Part shown: positions 52,567 to 61,899 of the stretch, in pieces
Position numbering within the stretch: the first letter of the stretch is position 1
Layout of the letters: every line of letters begins with the position of its first letter
Assembly: GCA_016194905.1 (NCBI GenBank)
Contig: JACQAP010000013.1
Coordinates: forward strand, 2,671-66,670
Source: Betaproteobacteria bacterium
GTDB taxonomy: Bacteria > Pseudomonadota > Gammaproteobacteria > Burkholderiales > JACQAP01
DNA: 64,000 bases
Reading direction: 5' to 3'
Notes under the pieces: generated by a model
Told to the model about the DNA's origin: nothing
The model's input: the letters and a program-made list of their open reading frames with translations, nothing else
Database searches by the model: none
Program-made: the position numbers and the translations under genes

Positions 52567-53067
52567 ATGGCGGCCAGCGCCATGAGCCACAGTCCCAGCT
52601 TCGAAAACAAGATCGTACCGCCCGAAAAGCTATCCGGACGGTTGCGTTCGCAAACTCGACCCCAGGTCTTCACCAATGGCGTCTTTGACGTGCTGCACCG
52701 CGGTCACGTCACTTATCTGGCCGAATCTCGGGCGCTCGGAGCAAGTCTGATCGTCGCGCTGAATTCAGATTTGTCGGTCAAAAGGCTCGGTAAAGGCGCC
52801 GACCGGCCGGTCAATCCGCTCGAAGACCGCCTGGCGGTGGTGGCGGCGCTGGATAGCGTGAGCCTCGTCACTTGGTTCGAAGAAGATACGCCGCTCTCCC
52901 TCATCCTGATTTGCCGGCCGGACGTATTGGTAAAAGGGGGGGACTGGCCTGTAGACCAGATTGTCGGGGCGCGAGAGGTAATGAACTGGGGCGGGGCGGT
53001 GAAATCGATCCCCTTTCAGTTCGAGCGCTCGACAACGGCCCTGCTGTCCCGCATTCGAAAATCCTGA
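52567..53067 (+). CDS. rfaE2: D-glycero-beta-D-manno-heptose-1-phosphate adenylyltransferase (RfaE domain II)
   Basis: The 166-aa cytidylyltransferase-fold ORF has FTNGVFDVLHRGHVTYL and KGGDW. Confidence 0.88.
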   Translation: MAASAMSHSPSFENKIVPPEKLSGRLRSQTRPQVFTNGVFDVLHRGHVTYLAESRALGASLIVALNSDLSVKRLGKGADRPVNPLEDRLAVVAALDSVSLVTWFEEDTPLSLILICRPDVLVKGGDWPVDQIVGAREVMNWGGAVKSIPFQFERSTTALLSRIRKS

Positions 53068-53088
53068 TTTCTTCCGTAAGGAACCTTC

Positions 53089-54816
53089 ATGCCTGTTCGA
53101 TTCAAATTCCTGCGTGATACCTGGCGCCTGATCAAGCCGTACTGGACATCGGAGGAGCGCTTCACCGCGTGGCTTCTACTCGGCGCGGTCATCGCCCTGA
53201 CGCTCGCCATGGTCTACATGAATGTGCAGTTCAATTATTGGAATAATGATTTCTACAATGCGCTGCAGGAAAAGGACAAGGCGTCTTTCTGGAAGTTGAT
53301 GGGGCGCTTCACCATGCTGGCGACCATCTATATCGCCATGGCCGTGTACGCGTTTTACCTGAATCAGATGCTGCAGATTCGCTGGCGACGCTGGCTGACG
53401 AACAGCTATCTCGACCAGTGGTTGAGCGACCGCGCCTACTACCGGCTGCAACTGAGCGGAAATCCCGCCGACAACCCGGATCAACGCATTTCGGACGACA
53501 TGAAGATTTTCGTCGACCAGTCGCTGGAACTTGCCCTCGGCTTCCTCAACGCAGTGGTTACGCTGGGTTCGTTCGTCGGCATCTTGTGGGGCCTGTCCGG
53601 ACCCCTCGAGATTCCCTACAACGGCGGCCAGATCGTCATTTCCGGCTATATGCTTTGGGCGGCACTGCTCTACGCCATAGTCGGTACCTGGCTTACCCAC
53701 AAGATCGGCAAGAAGCTGATCGGGCTGAATTTCCAGCAGCAACGCTTTGAGGCGGACTTCCGCTTTGGACTGGTGCGTTTTCGCGAGAACACCGAAGGTG
53801 TTGCGCTCTACAACGGCGAGCGGGACGAAATGCGCAGCTTCCGCGCGCGGTTTGGCAGCGTCGTGGACAACTGGTGGCAGATCATGAGGCGCCAGAAAAT
53901 CCTGAATACTTTCACCATCGGTTACAACCAGGCCGCCATCATTTTTCCGTTCGCCGTCGCGGGCAACCGTTATTTTGCCGGGACCATCCAACTGGGCGGA
54001 CTAATGCAGATTTCCAGCGCGTTCGGACACGTGCAGGGATCGCTGTCCTGGTTCATCGGCGCGTACAACACTTTCGCAACCTGGAAGGCCACGGCAGATC
54101 GTTTGCTCGGATTCCATTACGCGATCGAGAATGCGCGCGCGGAAATGCGCAGCAAATCCGGCGTGCAGCAATCACAGGACACCGAATCCGAACTGGTGAT
54201 TGACAATGTCTCGCTGACACTGCCCAACGGCTCGCCGCTGATGGCCACTTCCAGCGCAGTCATCAAGCCAGGCGAAAGTGTGCTGATCCGCGGCTTGTCG
54301 GGCGTCGGCAAAAGCACGTTATTCCGCGCCATCGCCGGAATCTGGCCATTCGGAGCCGGGCAAGTCCGGTTGCCGCGCAATCCTCGCGGGTTGTTTTTGC
54401 CGCAACGCCCCTACCTGCCAATAGGCACCCTTCGTGACGTGATTGCTTATCCCACGCGAGACGGCGGCTTTTCCGATGAAAATGTCAGCGACGCACTGAC
54501 CGCCGTGGGACTGCAGCATCTGAATGCACGCCTGAACGAACAGCAGAACTGGTCGATGCAGCTATCGCCCGGCGAGCAGCAGCGCGTTGCTTTCGCTCGC
54601 GCAATACTGCAACAACCGGCTTGGCTGTTCCTCGATGAAGCGACCTCGTCGCTCGATGAGGACGCCGAGCAGCAACTTTACCAAATGCTGAAAGAGAGAC
54701 TGCAGCAAACGACCATCGTCAGCATCGGGCATCGCCCGTCGCTGCAGGACTTCCATTCGCGCGTGCTGGAATTGAAAGGCGACGGACATGGATCGCGGGT
54801 GCTGACGCCAGCGTAG
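53089..54816 (+). CDS. Fused permease/ATPase ABC transporter of the YddA / SbmA-BacA-like family
   Basis: The 575-aa ORF has an N-terminal ~350-aa membrane domain (NYWNNDFYNALQ, RWRRWLT, YYRL) typical of ABC_membrane_2/SbmA_BacA. The C-terminal NBD has Walker A (GLSGVGKST), the signature LSPGEQQR and Walker B (LFLDEATSSLD). Confidence 0.85.
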   Translation: MPVRFKFLRDTWRLIKPYWTSEERFTAWLLLGAVIALTLAMVYMNVQFNYWNNDFYNALQEKDKASFWKLMGRFTMLATIYIAMAVYAFYLNQMLQIRWRRWLTNSYLDQWLSDRAYYRLQLSGNPADNPDQRISDDMKIFVDQSLELALGFLNAVVTLGSFVGILWGLSGPLEIPYNGGQIVISGYMLWAALLYAIVGTWLTHKIGKKLIGLNFQQQRFEADFRFGLVRFRENTEGVALYNGERDEMRSFRARFGSVVDNWWQIMRRQKILNTFTIGYNQAAIIFPFAVAGNRYFAGTIQLGGLMQISSAFGHVQGSLSWFIGAYNTFATWKATADRLLGFHYAIENARAEMRSKSGVQQSQDTESELVIDNVSLTLPNGSPLMATSSAVIKPGESVLIRGLSGVGKSTLFRAIAGIWPFGAGQVRLPRNPRGLFLPQRPYLPIGTLRDVIAYPTRDGGFSDENVSDALTAVGLQHLNARLNEQQNWSMQLSPGEQQRVAFARAILQQPAWLFLDEATSSLDEDAEQQLYQMLKERLQQTTIVSIGHRPSLQDFHSRVLELKGDGHGSRVLTPA

Positions 54817-54825
54817 CACCGGTGT

Positions 54826-55479
54826 TCAGGACGGCGGGCAATCCACCGCCCGCAAGTCGGAGCCGGGATATTCGGTCTTGAGGTTCACCAGTTGCGCTGA
54901 CTGTGCTTCGTTCGGGTCGCGCACGATGAAAGCCGTTTGAGTGACCCTCTGTTCGCGCTCGCCGATCTGCGCCGAACGCACGCCCTTTTGCCGCAGCAAT
55001 CCAAGCTGCTTTTTCGCGCCGTCTTCATTGCGATAAACGCCCAGCGAAATCGCGTAGCGCCAGCGGCCGGCTTCCAGAATCGGGGAATAGTCGGTAACAC
55101 CGCGTTCCTTCAGCTCGACCATCTTCCTGTCCATGTCTGGCTTCGATTTGAGTGGCGGAATGTAAATCCAATAACTGGTCAATACGCCTACTTCGGTTCT
55201 GCGGACGCGTTCGCCGAGCGCAAGCAAATCGAGGGCAGCCTGGACCCTGGGCAGATCGATAGCACCGAAGCTGCCCCACTCAAGGCACACGCCCGGACCC
55301 GGTGCCGAAGCAAGCGGAGTGGGCGCGGGCGTCGGTCTAGGCGCAACAATCTGGATCTGATCGGCATTCATCTGCTGCCTGACGAGTTGCGCGTCCGGAT
55401 TCGGCAACCGATCCCGCACAGTGGTAATGGCGGCCAGTCCCAGGCTTGCAGCGAGCAGTACGAAGAATACCCACTTCAT
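54826..55479 (-). CDS. SPOR domain-containing protein
   Basis: The 217-aa product from ATG 55479 has a signal/anchor (MKWVFFVLLAASLGLAA), a Pro-rich linker and SPOR-like repeats. Its ATG overlaps the coaX stop (ATGA). The 420-aa ORF-track form is a read-through in a coaX alternate frame. Confidence 0.8.
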   Translation of the reverse strand: MKWVFFVLLAASLGLAAITTVRDRLPNPDAQLVRQQMNADQIQIVAPRPTPAPTPLASAPGPGVCLEWGSFGAIDLPRVQAALDLLALGERVRRTEVGVLTSYWIYIPPLKSKPDMDRKMVELKERGVTDYSPILEAGRWRYAISLGVYRNEDGAKKQLGLLRQKGVRSAQIGEREQRVTQTAFIVRDPNEAQSAQLVNLKTEYPGSDLRAVDCPPS

Positions 55480-56204
55480 TGCGGCTCCAGCGCGATCTGC
55501 ACGAGTCCCTCCAGAACGAGTTTGTCGACGACGCGTACCGGCCTGCCCATGTGGCGCGCGACAAGTTCGCCTGCGCCCCCGCTGAATATCAACACTGGTT
55601 CCCGGTTCCCCGCGGCCAGCATCGCGTCCCGCATGCGCTCGACCGTTCCGCACAACGCCTGAATTGCGCCGCTGGTGATTGCGTCGCGGGTCGTGCGGGG
55701 AAAGGACGTGAAATCGCCTCGCCCTGCGGATAGCCGCGCGGTATGGGCGGCAAGCGCTTCGTGCATCAGGTCGAAACCCGGAACGATGACGCCGCCGATG
55801 AACTCCCCTTTTGCAGTCAGCGCATCGACAGTCATCGCGGTACCGGCATTCACCACGACGCACGGATCGGACGAAAATCTGCGTGCGCCGATCAATGCCG
55901 CCCAGCGGTCGATGCCGAGCTGCGACGGTTCGTCGTACCGGTTGGAAACCCCTGCCTGCGACCGTGCGCTGGAAACCCATCGCGGCGCGGCCTTCCAGCG
56001 CTCCGAAGATTTCCGCAATCTCTGGCCTATGCCATCTCCGGCCACGTTGGCGATCACGATCGCCGACGGCGCCGGCAACGAAGACCACTGCGCGTCGAGC
56101 GCATCGAGATCGGCATGCAGGGCCCAGCCCTCGCGCACGAAACCGCGGCCGTCATGCAGCGCCCATTTCACCCGACTATTGCCGGCATCGACTGCAAGAA
56201 TCAA
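55476..56204 (-). CDS. coaX: Type III pantothenate kinase
   Basis: The 242-aa product starts MILAVDAGNSRVKWAL and contains VVVNAGTAMTVD, downstream of birA. Confidence 0.92.
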   Translation of the reverse strand: MILAVDAGNSRVKWALHDGRGFVREGWALHADLDALDAQWSSLPAPSAIVIANVAGDGIGQRLRKSSERWKAAPRWVSSARSQAGVSNRYDEPSQLGIDRWAALIGARRFSSDPCVVVNAGTAMTVDALTAKGEFIGGVIVPGFDLMHEALAAHTARLSAGRGDFTSFPRTTRDAITSGAIQALCGTVERMRDAMLAAGNREPVLIFSGGAGELVARHMGRPVRVVDKLVLEGLVQIALEPQ

Positions 56205-56234
56205 GGTTGGCTCGATCCGTTTCCAGAATAAGCG

Positions 56235-57209
56235 TCAGGCGGCGCCGCGCAGGCTCATTTCCCCGCCGTAAAATTTGCGCGGTCCGGAGCGTGTATGCAG
56301 CAGCAATGCGCCATCGTCGGCTACACCCTGCACGCGGCCTTCTATTTCGGATTTATCCGGCATCCGCACGCGCACCATTTTATCCTGGTAGGCATGCAAT
56401 CGGTCCCACTCTTCGCGAAACGGCGCAAATCCCTCCGCGGAAAATTTCCTCAATACGCTGTCCAGTTCACCGAGGATCTCGGCAAACAGGATGTTACGAT
56501 CCTCCTCGACGCCGATTTTTGCTAGATCCACGACGGGCTGATCGATGCGCGCCTTCACTGACTCCGGCAGTCGCAGATTGATCCCTACGCCGATGACCGC
56601 GACGGTCGGGCCCATTACGTCACCGGCGAGTTCGATCAGGATGCCGGCCAGCTTGAGATGCCGCCAAAGCAGATCGTTCGGCCATTTCAGCATGACGTCC
56701 GCGGCACCGTGCTTCCTCAGCACGCGCGCGAGCGCAATGCCGACCATCAGGCTCAGTCCGCTGAGAAACCCGGCACCCTGCTCGAAGCGCCACAGGATCG
56801 AGAAGGTCAGCGCGCCGCCCGGGCTCGAGTGCCAGTCGCGTCCTCGCCGGCCCCGGCCCCGCGTCTGCAACTCGGCTGCCAGGACGCAGCCGGAACGGGC
56901 TCCGCGCGCCGCGCGATCGAGCATGTCGGTGTTCGTCGAACCGGTCTGATCGAGGACGTCAATGTCGAACCGGGCAGCCTGCCTGCCGAGATGACGGACG
57001 ATGCGATCGCGCGAAAGCCATTGCACCGGCGTCACCAGCCGGTAGCCGCGACCATGCACTTTGTAGACTGTAAGACCGAGGGTATCGACATCGGCAAGGG
57101 CGTTCGACACGGAGCCGCGGGTGATGCCCAATGTCCTTCCCAGCGCCTCGCCGGAATGAAATTCTCCATCTTCCAGAAGCCGGAGAACTTCGAGCGTATG
57201 CGCAGTCAA
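56235..57209 (-). CDS. birA: Bifunctional biotin--[acetyl-CoA-carboxylase] ligase / biotin operon repressor BirA
   Basis: The 324-aa ORF has an N-terminal wHTH (LGITRGSVSNAL), the ligase motif GRGRRGRDWHS and KWPNDL. Confidence 0.92.
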   Translation of the reverse strand: MTAHTLEVLRLLEDGEFHSGEALGRTLGITRGSVSNALADVDTLGLTVYKVHGRGYRLVTPVQWLSRDRIVRHLGRQAARFDIDVLDQTGSTNTDMLDRAARGARSGCVLAAELQTRGRGRRGRDWHSSPGGALTFSILWRFEQGAGFLSGLSLMVGIALARVLRKHGAADVMLKWPNDLLWRHLKLAGILIELAGDVMGPTVAVIGVGINLRLPESVKARIDQPVVDLAKIGVEEDRNILFAEILGELDSVLRKFSAEGFAPFREEWDRLHAYQDKMVRVRMPDKSEIEGRVQGVADDGALLLHTRSGPRKFYGGEMSLRGAA

Positions 57210-57322
57210 AGTAATTAGAATCTGTGGAGGAGTTCGTCCGCACTATACCGCAAGCGCGCACCTCCGATGCGCAACGGTGGCGAACGCGACAGTATCGGAC
57301 GTCAGGCGACCGGGAGTACATC

Positions 57323-57766
57323 ATGTTCAAGAATATTCTGATTCCAACCGACGGCTCTGCCCTGTCGAGAAAAGCCATCAAGGCGGGCGTGGCATTGGCC
57401 CGGGCGGTCGGCGCCCGGGTTACGGGCTTCTATTCGCCCGAACCATACGAAATCCTGGCTTACGGTGAGTACTTTCCTCCGGACCTGATGTCGCGTGCGG
57501 AATGGGACAATCGATCGAAGAAAACCGCTGCACGCTTTCTCGCCGCGATCGAAAAGGAGGCACAGGCCGCGGGGGTAAAGTACAGCGGCCTTTTCCTGGA
57601 CAGCGTCACGCCCTGGGAAGCCATCGTCGATGCCGCCAAAAAGAAAAAGTGCGACCTGATTTTCATGGCCTCGCACGGCCGCACCGGACTATCCGGGCTG
57701 CTGCTCGGCAGCCAGGCTGCTAAAGTCCTCGCGCATTCGAAAATTCCGGTGCTGGTCTACAAATAA
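57323..57766 (+). CDS. Universal stress protein (UspA family)
   Basis: The 147-aa product starts MFKNILIPTDGSALSRKA and contains MASHGRTGLSGLLLGSQAAKVLAHSKIPVLV. Confidence 0.88.
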   Translation: MFKNILIPTDGSALSRKAIKAGVALARAVGARVTGFYSPEPYEILAYGEYFPPDLMSRAEWDNRSKKTAARFLAAIEKEAQAAGVKYSGLFLDSVTPWEAIVDAAKKKKCDLIFMASHGRTGLSGLLLGSQAAKVLAHSKIPVLVYK

Positions 57767-57883
57767 ACAGACGGAGCGAGCGTTGCGCTCGCAGACGGCG
57801 ATTGGCGACCCCGGCAGGAGCAGCAGGATCCCGGATCGGAACCTGGCGGCCACCTGCTGTATGTACAGGAAATTCCACTGCGC

Positions 57884-58171
57884 CTAGAACGCCACCCGAG
57901 CCTGATATGCACTGATGACGCGAGCGGAGGCATGACGGGCACGCAGCGTCAGTCTTGCAGTCGTGTTGCCGATCGTCTCCACCAGCGTCACGCCATTGGT
58001 GACAATGCAAAGCGATTCGCCAGCAGATAAAAAATCGTCCCGCGCAAGGCCTTCCTGCGTCACCCACAACGTGCCGTTATCACAGTTGATTGCTGCGCCC
58101 ACAGCCGCGCGCAGACGCAGAACCTGCGCCGGCAGAAGTTCGAGGACGGAATCTTTGGGGCCCGGTTTCAT
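57884..58171 (-). CDS. Small DUF2917-like protein
   Basis: The 95-aa ORF has a pattern (LRLRAAVGAAINCDNGTLWVTQEGLARDDFLSAGESL) that resembles my recollection of DUF2917. It is divergent from a MocR regulator. Confidence 0.5.
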   Translation of the reverse strand: MKPGPKDSVLELLPAQVLRLRAAVGAAINCDNGTLWVTQEGLARDDFLSAGESLCIVTNGVTLVETIGNTTARLTLRARHASARVISAYQARVAF

Positions 58172-58322
58172 GCAACCATGTTAGGCGCCGGATCATGATC
58201 ATTACAGATTCAGACAAACCAAATTGTTTACGTTACAGTTTGCCAAGCTGAAAACCGTTACGGTCCATTGCGCAGCCAGCTGTGCCGGTTCCGGCCGGCC
58301 TTTTCTTAAGTAGAGTGTGCCC

Positions 58323-59741
58323 ATGACACAGCAAGTCGTGCTCTATGAAACAGTCGCCGATTCCATTTCGGGGATGATCTCCGTCGGCACGCTACGCCCC
58401 GGTGAACGGGTTCCGTCCGTGCGTCGCCTATCGACCCAGCGCAGGGTATCGATAGCAACCGTACTGCGGGCCTACGAAGTCCTGGAAAATCGCGGCCTGA
58501 TCGAGGCACGGCCGAACGCCGGCTACTACGTCCGTCATCGCATGCCGGTCGCGGATGAGCCTTCGATTTCGAACCCTCCGGTCGCGCCGCGACTGGTGGG
58601 GATCAGCGCTCTCGTGCAGGAAGTTCTCGATGCACGCCGCCCGGATGTGGTGTCCTTCGGCGCGGCCTGTCCCGGCCCCGATCACATGCCGACCGCGAAA
58701 TTGCAGCGGACGATCTCGTCAATCGCGCGTCGCAAGCCTCTGTCACTGACGCAATACGTGCTGCCGCCGGGCAACGAGGAACTGCGCCGCCAGATCGCGC
58801 GCAAATCGCTGGACTTCGGTTGCAGCCTTGCGGCCAAGGACATCATCGTGACTCACGGCTGCATGGAAGCCCTGAATCTCTGTGTGCGCGCAGTGGCAAA
58901 ACCGGGCGATACGATCGCGCTGGAATCGCCGACCTATTTCGGGTTGCTGCAGATTCTCGAAAGTCTGCAGATCAAGGCGCTGGAAATTCCCACGCACCCG
59001 CGCGAGGGCATTTCGCTGGAAGCCCTGGAATTCGCGCTTGAGCGCTCGAAAATCGCAGCGGTGATTACGATGCCGAACGCGCAGAATCCTCTCGGCTTCA
59101 CGATGTCGGACGAAAACAAGAAGCGCCTGGTAAAAATGCTCGACAAGCGCGGCGTGCCGCTGATCGAGGACGACGTGTATGGCGACCTCTACTACGGAGA
59201 CGACAGGCCGTTGCCGGCCAAGGCTTTCGATCGCACCGGCAACGTGATGCTGTGTTCGTCGTTCACCAAAACCGTTGCGCCCGGGTTTCGCCTGGGCTGG
59301 GTGTCCCCTGGCCGCTGGCATGCGCAAGTGCAGATGGCGAAGTTCATCAATTCCGTCGGCAGCCCCGAAGTGCTGCAACTCGTTGTGGCGGATTTTCTCG
59401 CCAGCGGCGGATATGACCGCCAGTTGCGACATCTGCGGCGCGTATTCCGCGACCAGGTGTCGCTCATCTCCACGGCAATCACCGAGCATTTCCCGGCAGG
59501 CACGCGCATCACCCGGCCCGCGGGCGGCTACATCCTCTGGGTGGAACTGCCGGAAGGCTGCGACTCCGAGGAGTTGTTCCGCCAGGCGCTGCGCAACAAG
59601 ATTTCGCTCGGCCCCGGCACGCTGTTCTCAGCAACCGACCGCTATCGCAATTGCATTCGCATGGGATGCGCGGAGCCATGGTCACCGCGCGTCCAGCAGG
59701 CGGTCGCCAAGCTCGGCGACCTGCTAAGAAAACAACTCTGA
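58323..59741 (+). CDS. MocR/GabR-type transcriptional regulator (GntR wHTH fused to a fold-type I aminotransferase domain)
   Basis: The 472-aa ORF has an N-terminal GntR HTH (PGERVPSVRRLSTQRRVSIATVLRAYEVLENRGLIEARP) and a C-terminal aminotransferase-like domain (SFTKTVAPGFRLGW carries the PLP lysine). Confidence 0.9.
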   Translation: MTQQVVLYETVADSISGMISVGTLRPGERVPSVRRLSTQRRVSIATVLRAYEVLENRGLIEARPNAGYYVRHRMPVADEPSISNPPVAPRLVGISALVQEVLDARRPDVVSFGAACPGPDHMPTAKLQRTISSIARRKPLSLTQYVLPPGNEELRRQIARKSLDFGCSLAAKDIIVTHGCMEALNLCVRAVAKPGDTIALESPTYFGLLQILESLQIKALEIPTHPREGISLEALEFALERSKIAAVITMPNAQNPLGFTMSDENKKRLVKMLDKRGVPLIEDDVYGDLYYGDDRPLPAKAFDRTGNVMLCSSFTKTVAPGFRLGWVSPGRWHAQVQMAKFINSVGSPEVLQLVVADFLASGGYDRQLRHLRRVFRDQVSLISTAITEHFPAGTRITRPAGGYILWVELPEGCDSEELFRQALRNKISLGPGTLFSATDRYRNCIRMGCAEPWSPRVQQAVAKLGDLLRKQL

Positions 59742-59913
59742 CCCCCGCGTCCGCTTCGTTGTCCGGCATGGCCGTCGCCGAGAAACGACAAACCTCCTTG
59801 CGTGTTCCGGCGCTGGTTTCTAACGGAGAACTATTGCCGCCGAATTCCGACTAATGGCTTGAGCATTATCCAGTGCTCGCACATTCCGGAACAATCAGCA
59901 AAGAGGAAACTAC

Positions 59914-60387
59914 ATGAAGAAAATCTTGATGGCATTTGGACTGATCACTGCAGTGCTCTCCTCCGCGGCGATGGCGCAGAGCACGAATGGCCTCATGTTC
60001 GGTGGTACCGTCGGCTTCACAAAGCCGCATGGTTCGGACAATGATTCGGGCATGACCATCGGCGGCCGGCTGGGCAAACAAATCCAGGGGAATTTTTCCT
60101 GGGAAGCCGATCTGAATCTCGGCATCGTCGACGGCGCAATCGGCGCCAACAAGGACTGGAACATCAATTCGGTTGCGGCTTACGGCGTGTATCGCACCGA
60201 CGGCGACATCCACCTGAAGGCAAAACTCGGGGTGGCCTACTGGGATGACGATTTTGACCACGACACCAGCCTTTCGGCGGGTATCGGTATCGGCTTCCGC
60301 ATGGGGCGTGGCATCCTCGACGTCGAATACACGCAGATCAACAGCTACGTCGACTACTTCACGGTGGGCTACAGTCTGCCGTTCTGA
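59914..60387 (+). CDS. Small outer-membrane beta-barrel protein (OmpA-beta-barrel/OmpX-like)
   Basis: The 157-aa ORF has a signal peptide (MKKILMAFGLITAVLSSAAMAQ), alternating beta-strand pattern and a C-terminal ...GYSLPF, with AGAGGA upstream. Confidence 0.75.
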   Translation: MKKILMAFGLITAVLSSAAMAQSTNGLMFGGTVGFTKPHGSDNDSGMTIGGRLGKQIQGNFSWEADLNLGIVDGAIGANKDWNINSVAAYGVYRTDGDIHLKAKLGVAYWDDDFDHDTSLSAGIGIGFRMGRGILDVEYTQINSYVDYFTVGYSLPF

Positions 60388-60440
60388 ATAAAGGAGTTTA
60401 CGGTCGCAGGCAAGCCTGCATCCTGCCAATTCACGACATT

Positions 60441-60480
60441 AAAAAACCCGCACAGCTTGCGCTGTGCAGGTTTTGTTTTG
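60441..60480. terminator. Bidirectional rho-independent terminator between convergent genes
   Basis: AAAAAA-CCCGCACAGC-TTGC-GCTGTGCAGG-TTTTGTTTTG has one mismatch in the stem. Confidence 0.6.
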
Positions 60481-60511
60481 CACCGGTCCTAGCTGACCGA
60501 AGCGATTGCTA

Positions 60512-61579
60512 TCAACTGAGTGCGTGGCCGACCGCGTTAACGTAAAGCGCGTAGATCGACGTGCTGCCGCACATCATCAGACGATTGCGTTTGGTACCGC
60601 CGAACGTAAGATTGGCGATGACTTCCGGGGTATGCAGGAATGCCAGCAGTGAACCGTCGGGGTGATGCACGCGCACGCCGTTGGTATCCATGCCGCCCCA
60701 GCCCCAACTGCACCAGACGTTGCCGTCGGTGTCGCAGCGTACGCCGTCGGTGAAGCCCGGCGCGAAATCCGCAAATACCTTTGGGTTGGACAGCGCCGTT
60801 CCCTTGACGTCGAACACGATGATGTTGGCGGGATTGCCAGGCCCATCGGTCGCGCCGGTATCGACAACGTAGCAGCGCTTGAAGTCCGGCGAGAAACAGA
60901 TGCCGTTCGGACGACGCATCGGTCCTTCCGCTGCGATCGTGACCTTGCCTGCCGGATCGATGCGATAGACCCGTGTCGGCAGCTCGAATTCGGCCTTGTG
61001 CCCTTCGTACGGTCCCATGATGCCGTAGCCCGGGTCCGTAAAGTAGAGGGAGCCGTCGTGGTGAGTCGCAACATCGTTCGGCGCATTGAGCTTCTTGCCA
61101 TCGAAACTGTCGCACAGAATCGTCCATGTGCCGTCATATTCGCGGCGGCGCATCCGGCGGGTATCGTGCTCACATGCGATCAACCGGCCCTGGTTGTCGC
61201 GACCGTGGCCGTTCGAGTAACCGGACTCGGTCTGGTATACGCTGACATGACCGTCGTCTTCGTTCCAGCGCAGCACGCGGTGATTCGGAATGTCGCTCCA
61301 CAACAGGCAACCCCAGTCACCCATCCACACCGGGCCTTCGCACCACAGAGCCCGGTCGTTGCCGCTGCCGTGCCAGATCCGTTGCAGCGTGGCGTTGCCT
61401 TGCCGTCCGCTGAAGCGCTTGTCCTTCACTTCGAATGCTGGCTCGGGGTAAGTTACCGGGTCTTCGCCGGTCCAATCGCGGTCCCGTCCGAACTTGTCGG
61501 TGCCCGCAAACGCCGAGGTTGCGGTTGCAGCGGCGGCCGCCGACGCGGCGGCAGTCGCCAGAAAACTGCGTCTGCTCAT
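60512..61579 (-). CDS. Tat-exported SMP-30/gluconolactonase/LRE family protein
   Basis: A twin-arginine signal (MSRRSFLATAAASAAAAATATSAFA) is followed by six-bladed propeller motifs (NGHGRDNQGRLIACEH, PNDVATHHDGSLYFTDPGYG, PNGICFSPD). The ORF track allows an earlier ATG at 61645. Confidence 0.8.
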   Translation of the reverse strand: MSRRSFLATAAASAAAAATATSAFAGTDKFGRDRDWTGEDPVTYPEPAFEVKDKRFSGRQGNATLQRIWHGSGNDRALWCEGPVWMGDWGCLLWSDIPNHRVLRWNEDDGHVSVYQTESGYSNGHGRDNQGRLIACEHDTRRMRRREYDGTWTILCDSFDGKKLNAPNDVATHHDGSLYFTDPGYGIMGPYEGHKAEFELPTRVYRIDPAGKVTIAAEGPMRRPNGICFSPDFKRCYVVDTGATDGPGNPANIIVFDVKGTALSNPKVFADFAPGFTDGVRCDTDGNVWCSWGWGGMDTNGVRVHHPDGSLLAFLHTPEVIANLTFGGTKRNRLMMCGSTSIYALYVNAVGHALS

Positions 61580-61899
61580 TCCCACCGGCTTTTCGACGCT
61601 CGCCTCGGCCGGCTTGGCGAGCTCGTGATCTTGTGCTCGTTCCATGTTGGTCTTCCTCCTAGTTGTTCAAGTTATTCACGTCACCTCCGCCTTTGATGAC
61701 AAACGCCCCGGCGAGGTTATTGTGTTTGGCCGCGCCGCGAAAGGCTCGGACGCGACCACCGGGGTTCTCAGTTCCCCAGCGTCAAGAAACGACTCGCAAA
61801 CCTTAGTCTTACGCAATGCGATTGGCAACCCGTCTCAATTTGAGACACCCCATGGGACGCCCGTCGTGGATTAAGATGGCTGGACAACCCGGAGCGCCC

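Noticed and set aside
52383-52688. A 101-aa ORF in the dolP-rfaE2 spacer, overlapping the rfaE2 start.
   Set aside because: It is Arg-rich, has no SD and no motif, and is out of frame with the well-supported rfaE2 N-terminus.
54826-56088. A 420-aa ORF (minus strand) spanning the SPOR gene and most of coaX.
   Set aside because: The upstream 200 codons are an Arg/Gly-rich alternate frame of coaX. The SPOR protein has its own ATG at 55479, a signal-anchor sequence and an ATGA overlap with the coaX stop.
57767-57883. A palindrome GCGAGCG-TTG-CGCTCGC flanked by direct AGACGG repeats between the usp and DUF2917 genes.
   Set aside because: The stem is short, with no T-run on either strand. I could not distinguish it from a chance GC-rich palindrome.
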